A stretch of 64,000 nucleotides of DNA from Candidatus Woesearchaeota archaeon (GTDB taxonomy: Archaea > Nanobdellota > Nanobdellia > Woesearchaeales > GW2011-AR15): contig JAFGRO010000029.1 of the NCBI GenBank assembly GCA_016935095.1, positions 7,313 through 71,312 of the forward strand, read 5' to 3'. Positions 19,177-28,726 of this stretch are shown piece after piece. Below the pieces are notes generated by a model. The model did no database searches, was not told where the DNA came from, and was given only the letters and a program-made list of their open reading frames with translations. Every line of letters starts with the position of its first letter. The stretch's first letter is position 1. Made by a program: the position numbers and the translations under genes.

Positions 19177-21474
19177 TTATTCCTTCCTGTTTAACTTCCG
19201 CTTCTTTATCTCCTGTTCAAACCACTGCTCCCACTCAAAATAAATTTTCTTATGGTCTAAAATGCCTGTTTCTTCTTTTACTTTATCTGCCATTAAATGG
19301 AATACGTCATTGCACAAAATCACAAATCCTGCTTCCATCATTTCATCATCTTTCAGCTTTAAAGCTGTATCTGCCAGTTTCTGCCTGCACTGGGCTCTTG
19401 TCTCTATATTTTCCCAGACTGCATCCCAGTTTGCTGCAAAATCAGGTATATTCCCTGCAATGATCTTTAAAATTTCAGATTCGCCGTTAATTAATTCAGG
19501 AGTAGGAATAAGCTCATCTTTTTTTGAATCATATTTCATCAGATCAAGGAATGCCCCCTCTAAAAGAGGATCATTTTCCCATGTTTTTCTCACTTCTGTT
19601 ATCTGAGTGATCCTCCTGAACCTGTGCAGGCCGTCTGCAGATTTAATTGGCGTGGCAATTATACATATATCCGTTGCCTTGAAGCTTGTTTTTGGAACGC
19701 CTATATCATTTACAACGCGGTCATAAATCCCGTAAGGAGAATCTCCGTGAATCGTGCCGGCAACGACATTTGCAGCAGCACCAACGCGCATTGCCTCATA
19801 GAGTGAAATTGCTTCTTTGCTGCGGACTTCCCCTACAATCAAAGATGAATCCCCTAACCTTAAAGTAGCCCTGATGCCGTCAGAAGCGCTTACTTCTGCT
19901 GTGCCATGTGATAATGCTGATGCAACTTTCAGCTGCTGGATATTGAAACCAAGATTCCTTAATTGTCTCACAGGGAGCTCTAAAGTATCTTCAATTGTAA
20001 TTACCCTGTACCTGCGCATTATCTCAACAATTAAAGCAGAAAGAAATGAAGATTTCCCTGAACTGCGTGTACCGCAGATAAGCATTGTCCTCGTACCATC
20101 AATAAGAAAACTCAATAGCCCCGCTGCAAGAGAATTAATCATCTTGAATTTCATAAATAATGGAAGTGTCCATGGCTTGTCACGATGTCTTCTGAATGAA
20201 AAAGCCAACCCGGTCGGATTTAAAGGAGCTGTTATTGCCGAAACCCTGGTATTCGCTCCCGGCAAATCAAGCTCTGTATCCAATATAGGATTCGCTTCAT
20301 CCAATGGTCTTCCGGAAATCATTCTAAGCTTGGATGCCCATGATTCTGCTTCAGTTGTCGTAGGAATAATATTTGTAACACAGTCATCAAACTTCCCATG
20401 TACAATAAATATAGGAATATGGCCCATAGGACTATTTATTGAGATATCCTGAATCTCTTCATCCTGCAGTAAAACCTCTATTAAACCAAAGCCGACAGTA
20501 TACCTGACTAAAATTGCTGTCAATTCAATAATTTCCTTTTCCCTCAGCTTCATATTCCTGTATGAGCCAAGCTCTTCAATAAGGTCCCTGCCAACATTAA
20601 AAAAGACTTCCCTCATCCTCTGGGGGTCTACAAATTCAGATTTTTTCGGCTTATGCTCCGCCATTATCTTTTTTGCAACATCCAATAACTCATATTTTTC
20701 TTCGCTTAATTTAAATTCAGGAGGCATCATATGATAAAATATCTGGACATTTTCCTGAAGTTTAAATACAGTTATTTCAGTATCTTCTGCAATTGTATAA
20801 TTGGCAATTTCTTCACCCCCTTTTGGATATGCTGACATTAATTTAGTGTACATAAAATCAGGCTTAATCATCGGCTTAAAAATTCTCCTGTAAACAGACC
20901 TGTCTCCGATTTCATATCCTGCTAAATATGGCTTTGCAATTATTATAAATCGGGTTTGTTCCAATTGTACGATGATCTGGTTTAATAATCCTATGAACTT
21001 ATTGTAACAATAATTTGATAAATTATCAATTGATTTCTCAAGTAAAATCTGTTCCTGTCTTTTTAGCCGTTTTAATTCTACATATGCACTAAACGGGTCT
21101 TTAATCATCAGGTCAAATATTATATGTTGAAGTTCATTATACCAGGCATCTACAAATCTCCTGCATCTCCCGAAAGATAATGCCTGGTAGCTGAATGTTG
21201 TTTTGTCTTTAGAATAATAAAGAAAAAGTTTTGCTATTTCATTTAACATCATGGTCTGTTCATAATCATACTCATATTCCCGTTTTTGAAAAAAGATTAT
21301 TTTTGTTATGCCATGGGTCTGTGCCAGCTTTTCAACTGTTTTTGCCATGCACCTTGGATTGTCTTCAATTGAGGGCAATTGTAAACTTTTAGAGTAATCT
21401 CCCCTCAGGATATTATCCTCACCCTCCCTGTCTACAGAAAAAACAATCTTATCATTAATTTCAGTTTTAGGCAT
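19177..21474 (-). CDS. Type II/IV secretion-system ATPase (FlaI/PilB/VirB11 family) with long N-terminal extension
   Basis: Walker A ICGTRSSGKSSF, Walker B/Asp box DSSLIVGEVRSKEA, His box TIHGDS; 765 aa. Confidence 0.8.
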   Translation of the reverse strand: MPKTEINDKIVFSVDREGEDNILRGDYSKSLQLPSIEDNPRCMAKTVEKLAQTHGITKIIFFQKREYEYDYEQTMMLNEIAKLFLYYSKDKTTFSYQALSFGRCRRFVDAWYNELQHIIFDLMIKDPFSAYVELKRLKRQEQILLEKSIDNLSNYCYNKFIGLLNQIIVQLEQTRFIIIAKPYLAGYEIGDRSVYRRIFKPMIKPDFMYTKLMSAYPKGGEEIANYTIAEDTEITVFKLQENVQIFYHMMPPEFKLSEEKYELLDVAKKIMAEHKPKKSEFVDPQRMREVFFNVGRDLIEELGSYRNMKLREKEIIELTAILVRYTVGFGLIEVLLQDEEIQDISINSPMGHIPIFIVHGKFDDCVTNIIPTTTEAESWASKLRMISGRPLDEANPILDTELDLPGANTRVSAITAPLNPTGLAFSFRRHRDKPWTLPLFMKFKMINSLAAGLLSFLIDGTRTMLICGTRSSGKSSFLSALIVEIMRRYRVITIEDTLELPVRQLRNLGFNIQQLKVASALSHGTAEVSASDGIRATLRLGDSSLIVGEVRSKEAISLYEAMRVGAAANVVAGTIHGDSPYGIYDRVVNDIGVPKTSFKATDICIIATPIKSADGLHRFRRITQITEVRKTWENDPLLEGAFLDLMKYDSKKDELIPTPELINGESEILKIIAGNIPDFAANWDAVWENIETRAQCRQKLADTALKLKDDEMMEAGFVILCNDVFHLMADKVKEETGILDHKKIYFEWEQWFEQEIKKRKLNRKE

Positions 21475-21584
21475 TTTTTTCAGAAACCTGTCTTAGATAT
21501 AACTGATGTATTTATTGTTTAAATAAGTTGCTGTTTTTTGTCAAAAAACAAAACTTTTTAAATTTCAGTAATTAATACATTATT

Positions 21585-22046
21585 ATGTTCAGCAAAGAAT
21601 CTCATCCGGATAATTCTGCTCATGAAAAAATTCCGAAGGCTCTGCCTGTAAAACATGAAAAGATCAGTCCGGAAGCTCAAAAAATTTCCATCAATATTAA
21701 TGAGATTATGCGCAGATTGCGCATTTTAGAGGAACGTTATTCCAATCTGAGGAAAAAAAACCAGCTGACAGACCAGAATATGTTAGAAGACACTAAAAAA
21801 TTATCCGATACAATTAAGGTTATTCAATCTACAATAAACGAACTTAAAAAAGAGGTTTTAGAAGTAAACTCAAAAATAAAGATGCTCAGTGAAGAAGTTT
21901 CCCAGAGTGTTGAAAAAAGGGATTTTAAATTATTAAGCAAATATCTTGATTTCTGGCAACCGTTGGATTTTATAAGAAAAGGAGAAGCTAAACTGATTAT
22001 TGAAGATATTCTTAAAGAGGAAAAAAACAAACCAAAAGTTATTTAA
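21585..22046 (+). CDS. Coiled-coil hypothetical protein
   Basis: K/E/L-rich heptad-like sequence. Confidence 0.3.
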   Translation: MFSKESHPDNSAHEKIPKALPVKHEKISPEAQKISININEIMRRLRILEERYSNLRKKNQLTDQNMLEDTKKLSDTIKVIQSTINELKKEVLEVNSKIKMLSEEVSQSVEKRDFKLLSKYLDFWQPLDFIRKGEAKLIIEDILKEEKNKPKVI

Positions 22047-22064
22047 ACTATTAAGTCACATATT

Positions 22065-22694
22065 ATGATTAAAATGCCATCAGAATCTCCAATCAACATT
22101 ATAAGACAAATGAAGCAACAGGGTTTTTCTAACAATGATATTGTCCAAAACCTGACAAGAGAAGGTTATTCTAATACACAGATTTTTGATGCAATGAACC
22201 ACATTGAAACTAAAAATGCCGTTGAAAACAGCCAGGATGACCTTATCCAAATGCCACCAGATGAAGAATTTCAAACGTTTAACAATAATTCACAAGCTAC
22301 AGGTACTGCAGACATTCCAGACAATGATATAAATTATCAGGCACAGGAAAATGAGCATTTTGACCCTAAAACAGAAGAACTCATTGAAACAATAATTGAT
22401 GAAAAATGGGAAGATTTATTGAAAGATGTCAATAAAATCATTGAATGGAAAAACCGGTCTGAACAAAGATTGCAGGATATTGAACTAAAAGTCCAGAATT
22501 TAAAAGAGAGTTTTAATGAACTTCATAAAGCTGTTATCGGCAAAGTCGCTGAATATGATAAACATATCCTGGATGTCGGAACAGAGATTAAGGCCATGGA
22601 AAAAGTTTTTTCCAAGGTTTTGCCGAATTTTACTGAAAATGTACATGAACTGGCCAGAATTACAGATACCATTAAAAAAGAAAAAAACAGGTAA
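22065..22694 (+). CDS. Coiled-coil hypothetical protein with acidic N-terminal region
   Basis: ORF; coiled-coil-like C-terminal half. Confidence 0.3.
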   Translation: MIKMPSESPINIIRQMKQQGFSNNDIVQNLTREGYSNTQIFDAMNHIETKNAVENSQDDLIQMPPDEEFQTFNNNSQATGTADIPDNDINYQAQENEHFDPKTEELIETIIDEKWEDLLKDVNKIIEWKNRSEQRLQDIELKVQNLKESFNELHKAVIGKVAEYDKHILDVGTEIKAMEKVFSKVLPNFTENVHELARITDTIKKEKNR

Positions 22695-22716
22695 CTTCTA
22701 ATAAAATTCTAATATT

Positions 22717-23295
22717 TTATAAGGGCATAAGTTTTATTGGATAAGTTATAAAAAGCACTGTAAACAATGCAACTATAAGTATTAGTACCAATCCAAGGAC
22801 TTTAGGATGAAATAATGTTGCACCCAGATTATCCTGAAAACTTCCTGTGGAAACACTGCCATCTCCGCGTGCAGCTGCAGCTGCTTCTGTCAGTGAACTT
22901 GTATTTTCACCCAAGTATGGTCCTGCCTTTTGTCCGGCTACACCTGACCAGGCAAAAACAAATATTATAATCGCAATAATTAAAATCCAGGTACTGAAGC
23001 TTGTAACTGTTGTTGCCGGAAAACTGGAGCCAAATGCCTCAACACCAATAACAACAAACGTCACAACAATTATCATAATCGTCCACCAGGGCACCGCAGC
23101 CTTAATAATCAGGATAGCATCTTCTGAAAGAATAAAGATTATTGCTATGGCAAAGGAAATTAATGCATTAACTCCTTTATTTTCTCCTATTGGTTTTTTA
23201 AATGTCAGCACTGCATAAACAGCGGTAAATACAAAAATAACTACAAAAACACTTGAAAAGTGCGTCAAAAAGCCAATATCCAGGAATGTTGCCAT
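22717..23295 (-). CDS. Polytopic membrane protein, paralog 3 of a tandem trio
   Basis: 192 aa, 4-5 TM; related architecture to the two upstream genes. Confidence 0.4.
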   Translation of the reverse strand: MATFLDIGFLTHFSSVFVVIFVFTAVYAVLTFKKPIGENKGVNALISFAIAIIFILSEDAILIIKAAVPWWTIMIIVVTFVVIGVEAFGSSFPATTVTSFSTWILIIAIIIFVFAWSGVAGQKAGPYLGENTSSLTEAAAAARGDGSVSTGSFQDNLGATLFHPKVLGLVLILIVALFTVLFITYPIKLMPL

Positions 23296-23310
23296 TTTTT
23301 TATTTATTGT

Positions 23311-23916
23311 TTATTTTCCTTTACCATAAATTCCCTGAAAAAAGTCTTTAAGGGGTTTTCTTTTGTCTTCTGGTCTCTCTTCCCTTGTAATAAACCAGAT
23401 TATCAAGCCAAAGACCAATATAATTATTATCAGTGAAGTTGTCTCTTCATCAAAAAGCCAGCCTAACCACGAAGGTGGAGTACCGATCCAGCCTGCTGAA
23501 TTTGCAAAAATAACAGCCACAGCTATTATCGAAAAAATCACAACCACACTTATTAAATCTGTTTCGCCGATGTTCACGTCTTTGCCAAAGACCCCTATCA
23601 ACAGCAGAGCCATCATGCATGCCACCATAATTAAAGAAACATTTGGCAGGGAATTGTTCATCACTTCAACAACATCAATCATTCCATTTGTTAAAATCGC
23701 ATCTGTTTTGCTGGCTGTGCCCATTAATACATGCGGAATCACAACTGCCATAGCCATTACAAAAGCCACTATCTTGTTAAAGGGCCGTTTATTATCGCCA
23801 AGAATATTGGATTTCTGCAAAACAGCAAAGCTTATTGTAAAGACCAATAAAAATGGCAGTAAAACATCTAATAAACCATAACTTTCCAAGGTCTGAATCA
23901 TTTCAACAAAATTCAT
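23311..23916 (-). CDS. Polytopic membrane protein, paralog 2 of a tandem trio
   Basis: N-terminus YGLLDVLLPFLLVFTISFAVLQKS nearly identical in pattern to 23913-24488 product. Confidence 0.45.
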   Translation of the reverse strand: MNFVEMIQTLESYGLLDVLLPFLLVFTISFAVLQKSNILGDNKRPFNKIVAFVMAMAVVIPHVLMGTASKTDAILTNGMIDVVEVMNNSLPNVSLIMVACMMALLLIGVFGKDVNIGETDLISVVVIFSIIAVAVIFANSAGWIGTPPSWLGWLFDEETTSLIIIILVFGLIIWFITREERPEDKRKPLKDFFQGIYGKGK

Positions 23917-24488
23917 TTTTCATCCTCCTTTTTGCTCTCTTCCTTACCAGGAGCACGTGTTATATAAAACATCATACCAATTACAAATAAAGTCAAAATA
24001 AGCGCGCCAAAAGAACCTGAATCCCAGTGAGCCATGACCCACTCCCAACCATAAACAAGCCAAGGCGTACCTTCTTTGGTTTTAACAGCATGCAAAAATA
24101 TCAATGCTATACCTACAAACATGATAATTGAAAAAATCGTAACATATCTTTTTTCAAGTTTAAATTCGTCTTTGCCTGTATGAAATGTCCCGACTAACAA
24201 AAGAAAACACACTGCAAGTAAAAGCAGCAGGGTAATGTTTGCAACTGCCTCGTTTATTGCAGCTACTATCTGCGTGCTTGCAACTACAAGAAATGCTGTT
24301 ACAAACGCAAACATGCTGTTAAGATTCTTCCTAGATAGTTCAACATCATTCACTACATCTACACCAAAAATCTTTGATTTTTCAAGGATCGCATATACTG
24401 TAGTAAAAACCAGCAGAAAAGGAAGTACAACATCATAAATTCCCATCCTGTCCAAAAAAACTATTGCATCCCTGAATGTTGAAGCCAT
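23913..24488 (-). CDS. Polytopic membrane protein, paralog 1 of a tandem trio
   Basis: N-terminus MGIYDVVLPFLLVFTTVYAILEKS; 4-nt overlap with next paralog. Confidence 0.45.
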   Translation of the reverse strand: MASTFRDAIVFLDRMGIYDVVLPFLLVFTTVYAILEKSKIFGVDVVNDVELSRKNLNSMFAFVTAFLVVASTQIVAAINEAVANITLLLLLAVCFLLLVGTFHTGKDEFKLEKRYVTIFSIIMFVGIALIFLHAVKTKEGTPWLVYGWEWVMAHWDSGSFGALILTLFVIGMMFYITRAPGKEESKKEDEK

Positions 24489-24582
24489 AATAATTTTAAA
24501 GAGAATATGCGGTATTTAAATCTTTTGCTTAACTTAACCTATACTTTTATTTTTAACAATATTTTTAAATGAAATACTCTTT

Positions 24583-25173
24583 TTGCAGATTATGATTAAT
24601 AAAAAGGATTTTTTGATAATTAAAAAAAACATGGAAGAAAATGAAGTTATTAGAGAAAAAACAATCCAAAAATCAAGGGAAGTCATCCAGCTTTCTAAAA
24701 AACTAATCTATGCATTGCACAGGAAAGATAATAAAAAAGCACAGAAGTTGTTTAAAGACATTAATAGAGAAATTAGTGAATTGGAAAAAATCGGGAACAA
24801 ATGCCAAAAGTTTATTTCTTTCGGGATGTATAATACCGCAATCCAGGAATTTGTCGAAGCAGCCTGCTATTATGAATTTATTGTTAATAAAAAGATTCCT
24901 GGCTTTAATGAGTTAAAGGTTGAATACGAATCTTATTTGCTAGGTTTATGTGATTTAACAGGAGAGCTTGAAAGAAAAGCAGTATACTCTACTATTGACG
25001 GTGACTACAAAAAGGTTGCAGAGATTAGGGAACTTGTAAATGAAATCTACGAGCAGTTTTTACAATTTGATTTAAGGAATTCTGAACTCAGAAAAAAATC
25101 TGATTCCATTAAATGGAACCTGAAGAGAATTGATGAAATTCTCTATGATCTGAAATTAAAGGACAAGATATAG
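24583..25173 (+). CDS. Translin-family protein (putative)
   Basis: AIQEFVEAACYYEFI...YLLGLCDLTGELERKAV...EIYEQF resembles translin conserved blocks (YL.GL.DLTGEL.R). Confidence 0.45.
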   Translation: MQIMINKKDFLIIKKNMEENEVIREKTIQKSREVIQLSKKLIYALHRKDNKKAQKLFKDINREISELEKIGNKCQKFISFGMYNTAIQEFVEAACYYEFIVNKKIPGFNELKVEYESYLLGLCDLTGELERKAVYSTIDGDYKKVAEIRELVNEIYEQFLQFDLRNSELRKKSDSIKWNLKRIDEILYDLKLKDKI

Positions 25174-25174
25174 A

Positions 25175-25666
25175 ATGGACTTTTTAGAGGCATTGGAAAA
25201 GCTTAAGCAAAGCACTGTTTTTAAGGAATTTTCTAAAGAGCATAAAGACAGCTATTTAACGCATGGATTTATTATGCTCGATGCTAATATAAAAAAAGAA
25301 TGGCAAATAGGATATTACAGCCCCAAGAAAGACAATATCATTACTTTTTGTGTAAACGGAGATATCATGCAAAACCCTGAAGAAAAGGTCTTTAAAAAAG
25401 AAAAAAAAGTCCTGAAATTAGACACCAGTAAGATTAAAGTGCCTTTTTCCGAGGCAATAATCAAAGCAAATGAAATACAGAAAAAAAAACATCCGAAGCA
25501 TGAGCCAATAAAAAAGATATACATTATCCAGCATTTAAGCGAGGGCCAGATATGGAATGTGACTTATGTTACTCAGACTTTTAATACATTGAACATAAAG
25601 ATTGATTCTGAAACTGGTAAAATAGTCAGTGATAATTTGGTTAGTTTGTTCAGGGTTGAGAAATAA
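25175..25666 (+). CDS. Hypothetical protein
   Basis: ORF, 1 nt after upstream stop. Confidence 0.3.
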   Translation: MDFLEALEKLKQSTVFKEFSKEHKDSYLTHGFIMLDANIKKEWQIGYYSPKKDNIITFCVNGDIMQNPEEKVFKKEKKVLKLDTSKIKVPFSEAIIKANEIQKKKHPKHEPIKKIYIIQHLSEGQIWNVTYVTQTFNTLNIKIDSETGKIVSDNLVSLFRVEK

Positions 25667-26386
25667 TTAGTGTGCTTTATTTTTCCATATATCTATTTCT
25701 CTTATTATTTGGCCAGTTCTATGGGCTGTACTGTCAATTAGAAAAGTAAAGGTAAGGCTATAATCTCCTGAAAGAGGATCATTATAACGATGTAATGCTT
25801 CTTCGCATCTTGTTTGAAAATCTACTTCTTTTCCTTTCAGGTTGACTGAGTCTGCATATAGTGCAATTTTTTTCATAGGTGTATTTGGAAGTGAATATGA
25901 TTGCAAGAAAATAATAACTTCCCTATCATTTATCTCTTCTTCATTAATACCTGTAAGTTCACTTACTATAGTCTTTGCTTTTGATTTCAATGTTTGATAT
26001 TCATTTGAATATACTTTAAAAGAATGTAATCGTAAATTTTTCGAGTATCTGGATTCAATCATTGGATAAATTGATGAATCTGAAAGTGACAAATTTGCCA
26101 TAATTCTTAGTGCATCTTTGCGGTCTTTAGGGCATCCTCCTCTTACTAATCCCCATTCCTCTCCTTTTGTTAAAATAAGATACGCTGTTTCAATTTCATG
26201 TAAAGGTACGCCTAATGTAACTTTTCCAATGTCATGAAGATATCCATAAGTCCTAACAAGTTCAGGAACAACTGCAGCTTCAAAATAAGGTGATGCTTTT
26301 ACTAATTTACAAGCAGAATTCCATGCAATATCCCCTGTTGTGAGATTGTGTTCAATAAAACCGTTTTCATCATATATATTCCCCAT
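25667..26386 (-). CDS. HD-domain phosphohydrolase
   Basis: YLHDIGK motif with upstream His. Confidence 0.5.
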   Translation of the reverse strand: MGNIYDENGFIEHNLTTGDIAWNSACKLVKASPYFEAAVVPELVRTYGYLHDIGKVTLGVPLHEIETAYLILTKGEEWGLVRGGCPKDRKDALRIMANLSLSDSSIYPMIESRYSKNLRLHSFKVYSNEYQTLKSKAKTIVSELTGINEEEINDREVIIFLQSYSLPNTPMKKIALYADSVNLKGKEVDFQTRCEEALHRYNDPLSGDYSLTFTFLIDSTAHRTGQIIREIDIWKNKAH

Positions 26387-26461
26387 TTCAACATGCTTTT
26401 GAATCCATTTCTTATAAAGAGCAAGTATTTCTTCTTTGGAAATATAAGTTAATGATTTTAA

Positions 26462-26935
26462 TCAGGGATCTACTGTATGCGATGAATGATGAATAGCTTC
26501 TTCCAAATTAACTTTTTTAATATTAAGAGGATATTTTAGTTCTCTTAACTTTGAAATGACTTTTTCTGCACTTTCTGATTGTATTATTATAGAAGGAGAG
26601 GGTCGTAAGTTAGAATCATCAAAGGGATCTATCCAATTACAAAAATCAGGAAAAACATCATCTAATCCTTTCAAAAACTGATTGTTAGCAAAAGTACATA
26701 GAGGCTGGACTGCAATCAATAAACTACTTACTTTTATATAAGAATACTCACAAATTGTCCAGTTATTATTATTATGTTCATCAATAACCCAACATCTTTG
26801 CCTGTCTTCAAATTTAAAACAATTTTCAGCAAGATCTCCCAAAGGGCTTCCAATTCCATATTCTCCATAATAAGTATATTCAGATAAAAAAGGAGCATCT
26901 ATAACAATAACTTCTAACATATTCCCCTGTTTCAT
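26462..26935 (-). CDS. Hypothetical protein
   Basis: ORF only. Confidence 0.3.
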   Translation of the reverse strand: MKQGNMLEVIVIDAPFLSEYTYYGEYGIGSPLGDLAENCFKFEDRQRCWVIDEHNNNNWTICEYSYIKVSSLLIAVQPLCTFANNQFLKGLDDVFPDFCNWIDPFDDSNLRPSPSIIIQSESAEKVISKLRELKYPLNIKKVNLEEAIHHSSHTVDP

Positions 26936-27152
26936 TTTTTCATAAAAAAAAGAAGTTATTTAAAAATATTAATTCTTTTCCATAATGCAACTAATTTAAT
27001 TCATTCCCAAACAATGAATCCATTTATAAATTTTATTTTGTTGAAAACTATATTTTGAATTTTCAATGTATTTATAAACCAAAAAATATTGTTTATTTTT
27101 GTTCTAAGTTAATAGAATTTTACAACAAATTTATTTAGCTTAAGGAATAAAA

Positions 27153-27581
27153 ATGGTAGATGTCAGAATATTAAAATTACAGGAAGACATGACGCTTCCT
27201 GGATATGCCCATCCGGGTGATGCTGGCATTGACTTAAGGTCCGCTGAAGAGCTTACCTTAAAACCCGGAGAGTTCAAAATCGTTAAAACAGGAACTAAAA
27301 TGGCAATTCCTCAGGGCTATGTGGGTTTAGTCTGGGACAAGAGCGGTTATGCTGCAAAGCACGGAATCCATACCCTTGCAGGAGTAATTGATTCAGGTTA
27401 TCGTGGAGAGATAGGCATTGTCATGAAAAATCTCGGTGAAGAGGAATTCCATATTGCCAAGGATATGAAGATAGCACAGCTCCTTATCCAGCCGGTTGTT
27501 ACTGCAAACCTGATTGAATCAGATAATCTAGATGAGACTTCAAGAAATGAAGGCGGTTTTGGCAGCACAGGAAAACATTGA
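27153..27581 (+). CDS. dut: dUTP diphosphatase
   Basis: GYAHPGDAGIDLRS and GVIDSGYRGEIGIVMKNLG: dUTPase motifs. Confidence 0.85.
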   Translation: MVDVRILKLQEDMTLPGYAHPGDAGIDLRSAEELTLKPGEFKIVKTGTKMAIPQGYVGLVWDKSGYAAKHGIHTLAGVIDSGYRGEIGIVMKNLGEEEFHIAKDMKIAQLLIQPVVTANLIESDNLDETSRNEGGFGSTGKH

Positions 27582-27735
27582 AAAGAGGTGTAATTAAAGT
27601 GGTAATAAAAAAGCAAGCAGAAATCCAAAAAACAAATGACATAAGCTATGAAGCAATGATCAAGAATAAAAAGCTGGACTCTTTCTTTGATACAGAAGAA
27701 TAATTTTTTTAATTCTGCTCTATTTCTCATCACAC

Positions 27736-28452
27736 ATGGAATTTTATTGCAGAGGAGTAAAAAATATTTTTATAAAAGATTCAATTTATTCCTGTGTAAT
27801 TTTCTGCGGGTGCGACTTCAGGTGTGCCTACTGCTATAACCAATCCATACTTAATTTTAAAAACGAGTTTTTAACAAGAATAATTGATATTAAAAAAATA
27901 ATTAAACAAAGCCAGAACCTGGGTGTGATTTTTGCCGGTGCTGAGCCCTGCCTGCAAAGACAGGCATTATTGAATTTAGCCCGATTCTGCAAAAAACTAA
28001 GGAAAAAAACAATATTGCATACAAACGGCTCAAAGCCGGAAACAATTAATTCACTTTTAAGAGAAAATTTAATTGATAAACTCCACTTGGATATTAAATC
28101 GCCATTTAATAATTCCTTTCAAAAGATTACAAAATCCGCTACTTATTTCAAATCATCAGAAGAGATAATAAAAAGCATAAGGAAAACAATTACACTATTG
28201 AAAAACAGTAAGTCGGAGATTACTGTAAGGACAACAATTGTTCCAAAGCTGATTTACAGAAAAGAGGATATTTTAAAAATTGCAGAAATTGTCGAAGACA
28301 TAAACTGTGAGTGGGAACTGCGGCAATTTATTCCAGGAGATACCCTAGATAAAAAACTCAAAGGAGTTAAACCCTTATCAGATAATTTTTTAGAGACATT
28401 GAAGAAGATTTGTGAAAAAGAGCACTCTGATTTAAAAATAACTACTTGTTAG
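27736..28452 (+). CDS. Radical SAM activating-enzyme-like protein (PflA/NrdG family)
   Basis: CDFRCAYC = Cx3Cx2C cluster near N-terminus; FAGAEPCLQ similar to GGEP motif. Confidence 0.5.
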   Translation: MEFYCRGVKNIFIKDSIYSCVIFCGCDFRCAYCYNQSILNFKNEFLTRIIDIKKIIKQSQNLGVIFAGAEPCLQRQALLNLARFCKKLRKKTILHTNGSKPETINSLLRENLIDKLHLDIKSPFNNSFQKITKSATYFKSSEEIIKSIRKTITLLKNSKSEITVRTTIVPKLIYRKEDILKIAEIVEDINCEWELRQFIPGDTLDKKLKGVKPLSDNFLETLKKICEKEHSDLKITTC

Positions 28453-28726
28453 TAATTAAGACAAAAAGATTTATAAATATAAAAGGATTATTATATAAAA
28501 TGCCACTTGATATTGGATATCTAAATGAAAAAATCAGTAAATGCCCCCATATTGTAGATGTATTTTGTCCTATGGCCAACAGGATAATTGAGAACCAGCT
28601 AGATAAGATGGCACATTGCGCTAACTGCACTATTTTTAAGTTAGAGGGAGAATAAGAGGGTTGAATTCTTGAATAATTTTCATAGTCATATAATTTTAGT
28701 AAAATAATCTAGTGATTGAATATATT

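Noticed and set aside
19262-20452. Four plus-strand ORFs (60-211 aa)
   Set aside because: All antisense within the secretion ATPase gene, which has strong motifs on the minus strand
22847-24438. Plus-strand ORFs overlapping the membrane-protein paralogs
   Set aside because: Antisense to hydrophobic-protein genes; translations are T/S/A-rich artefacts
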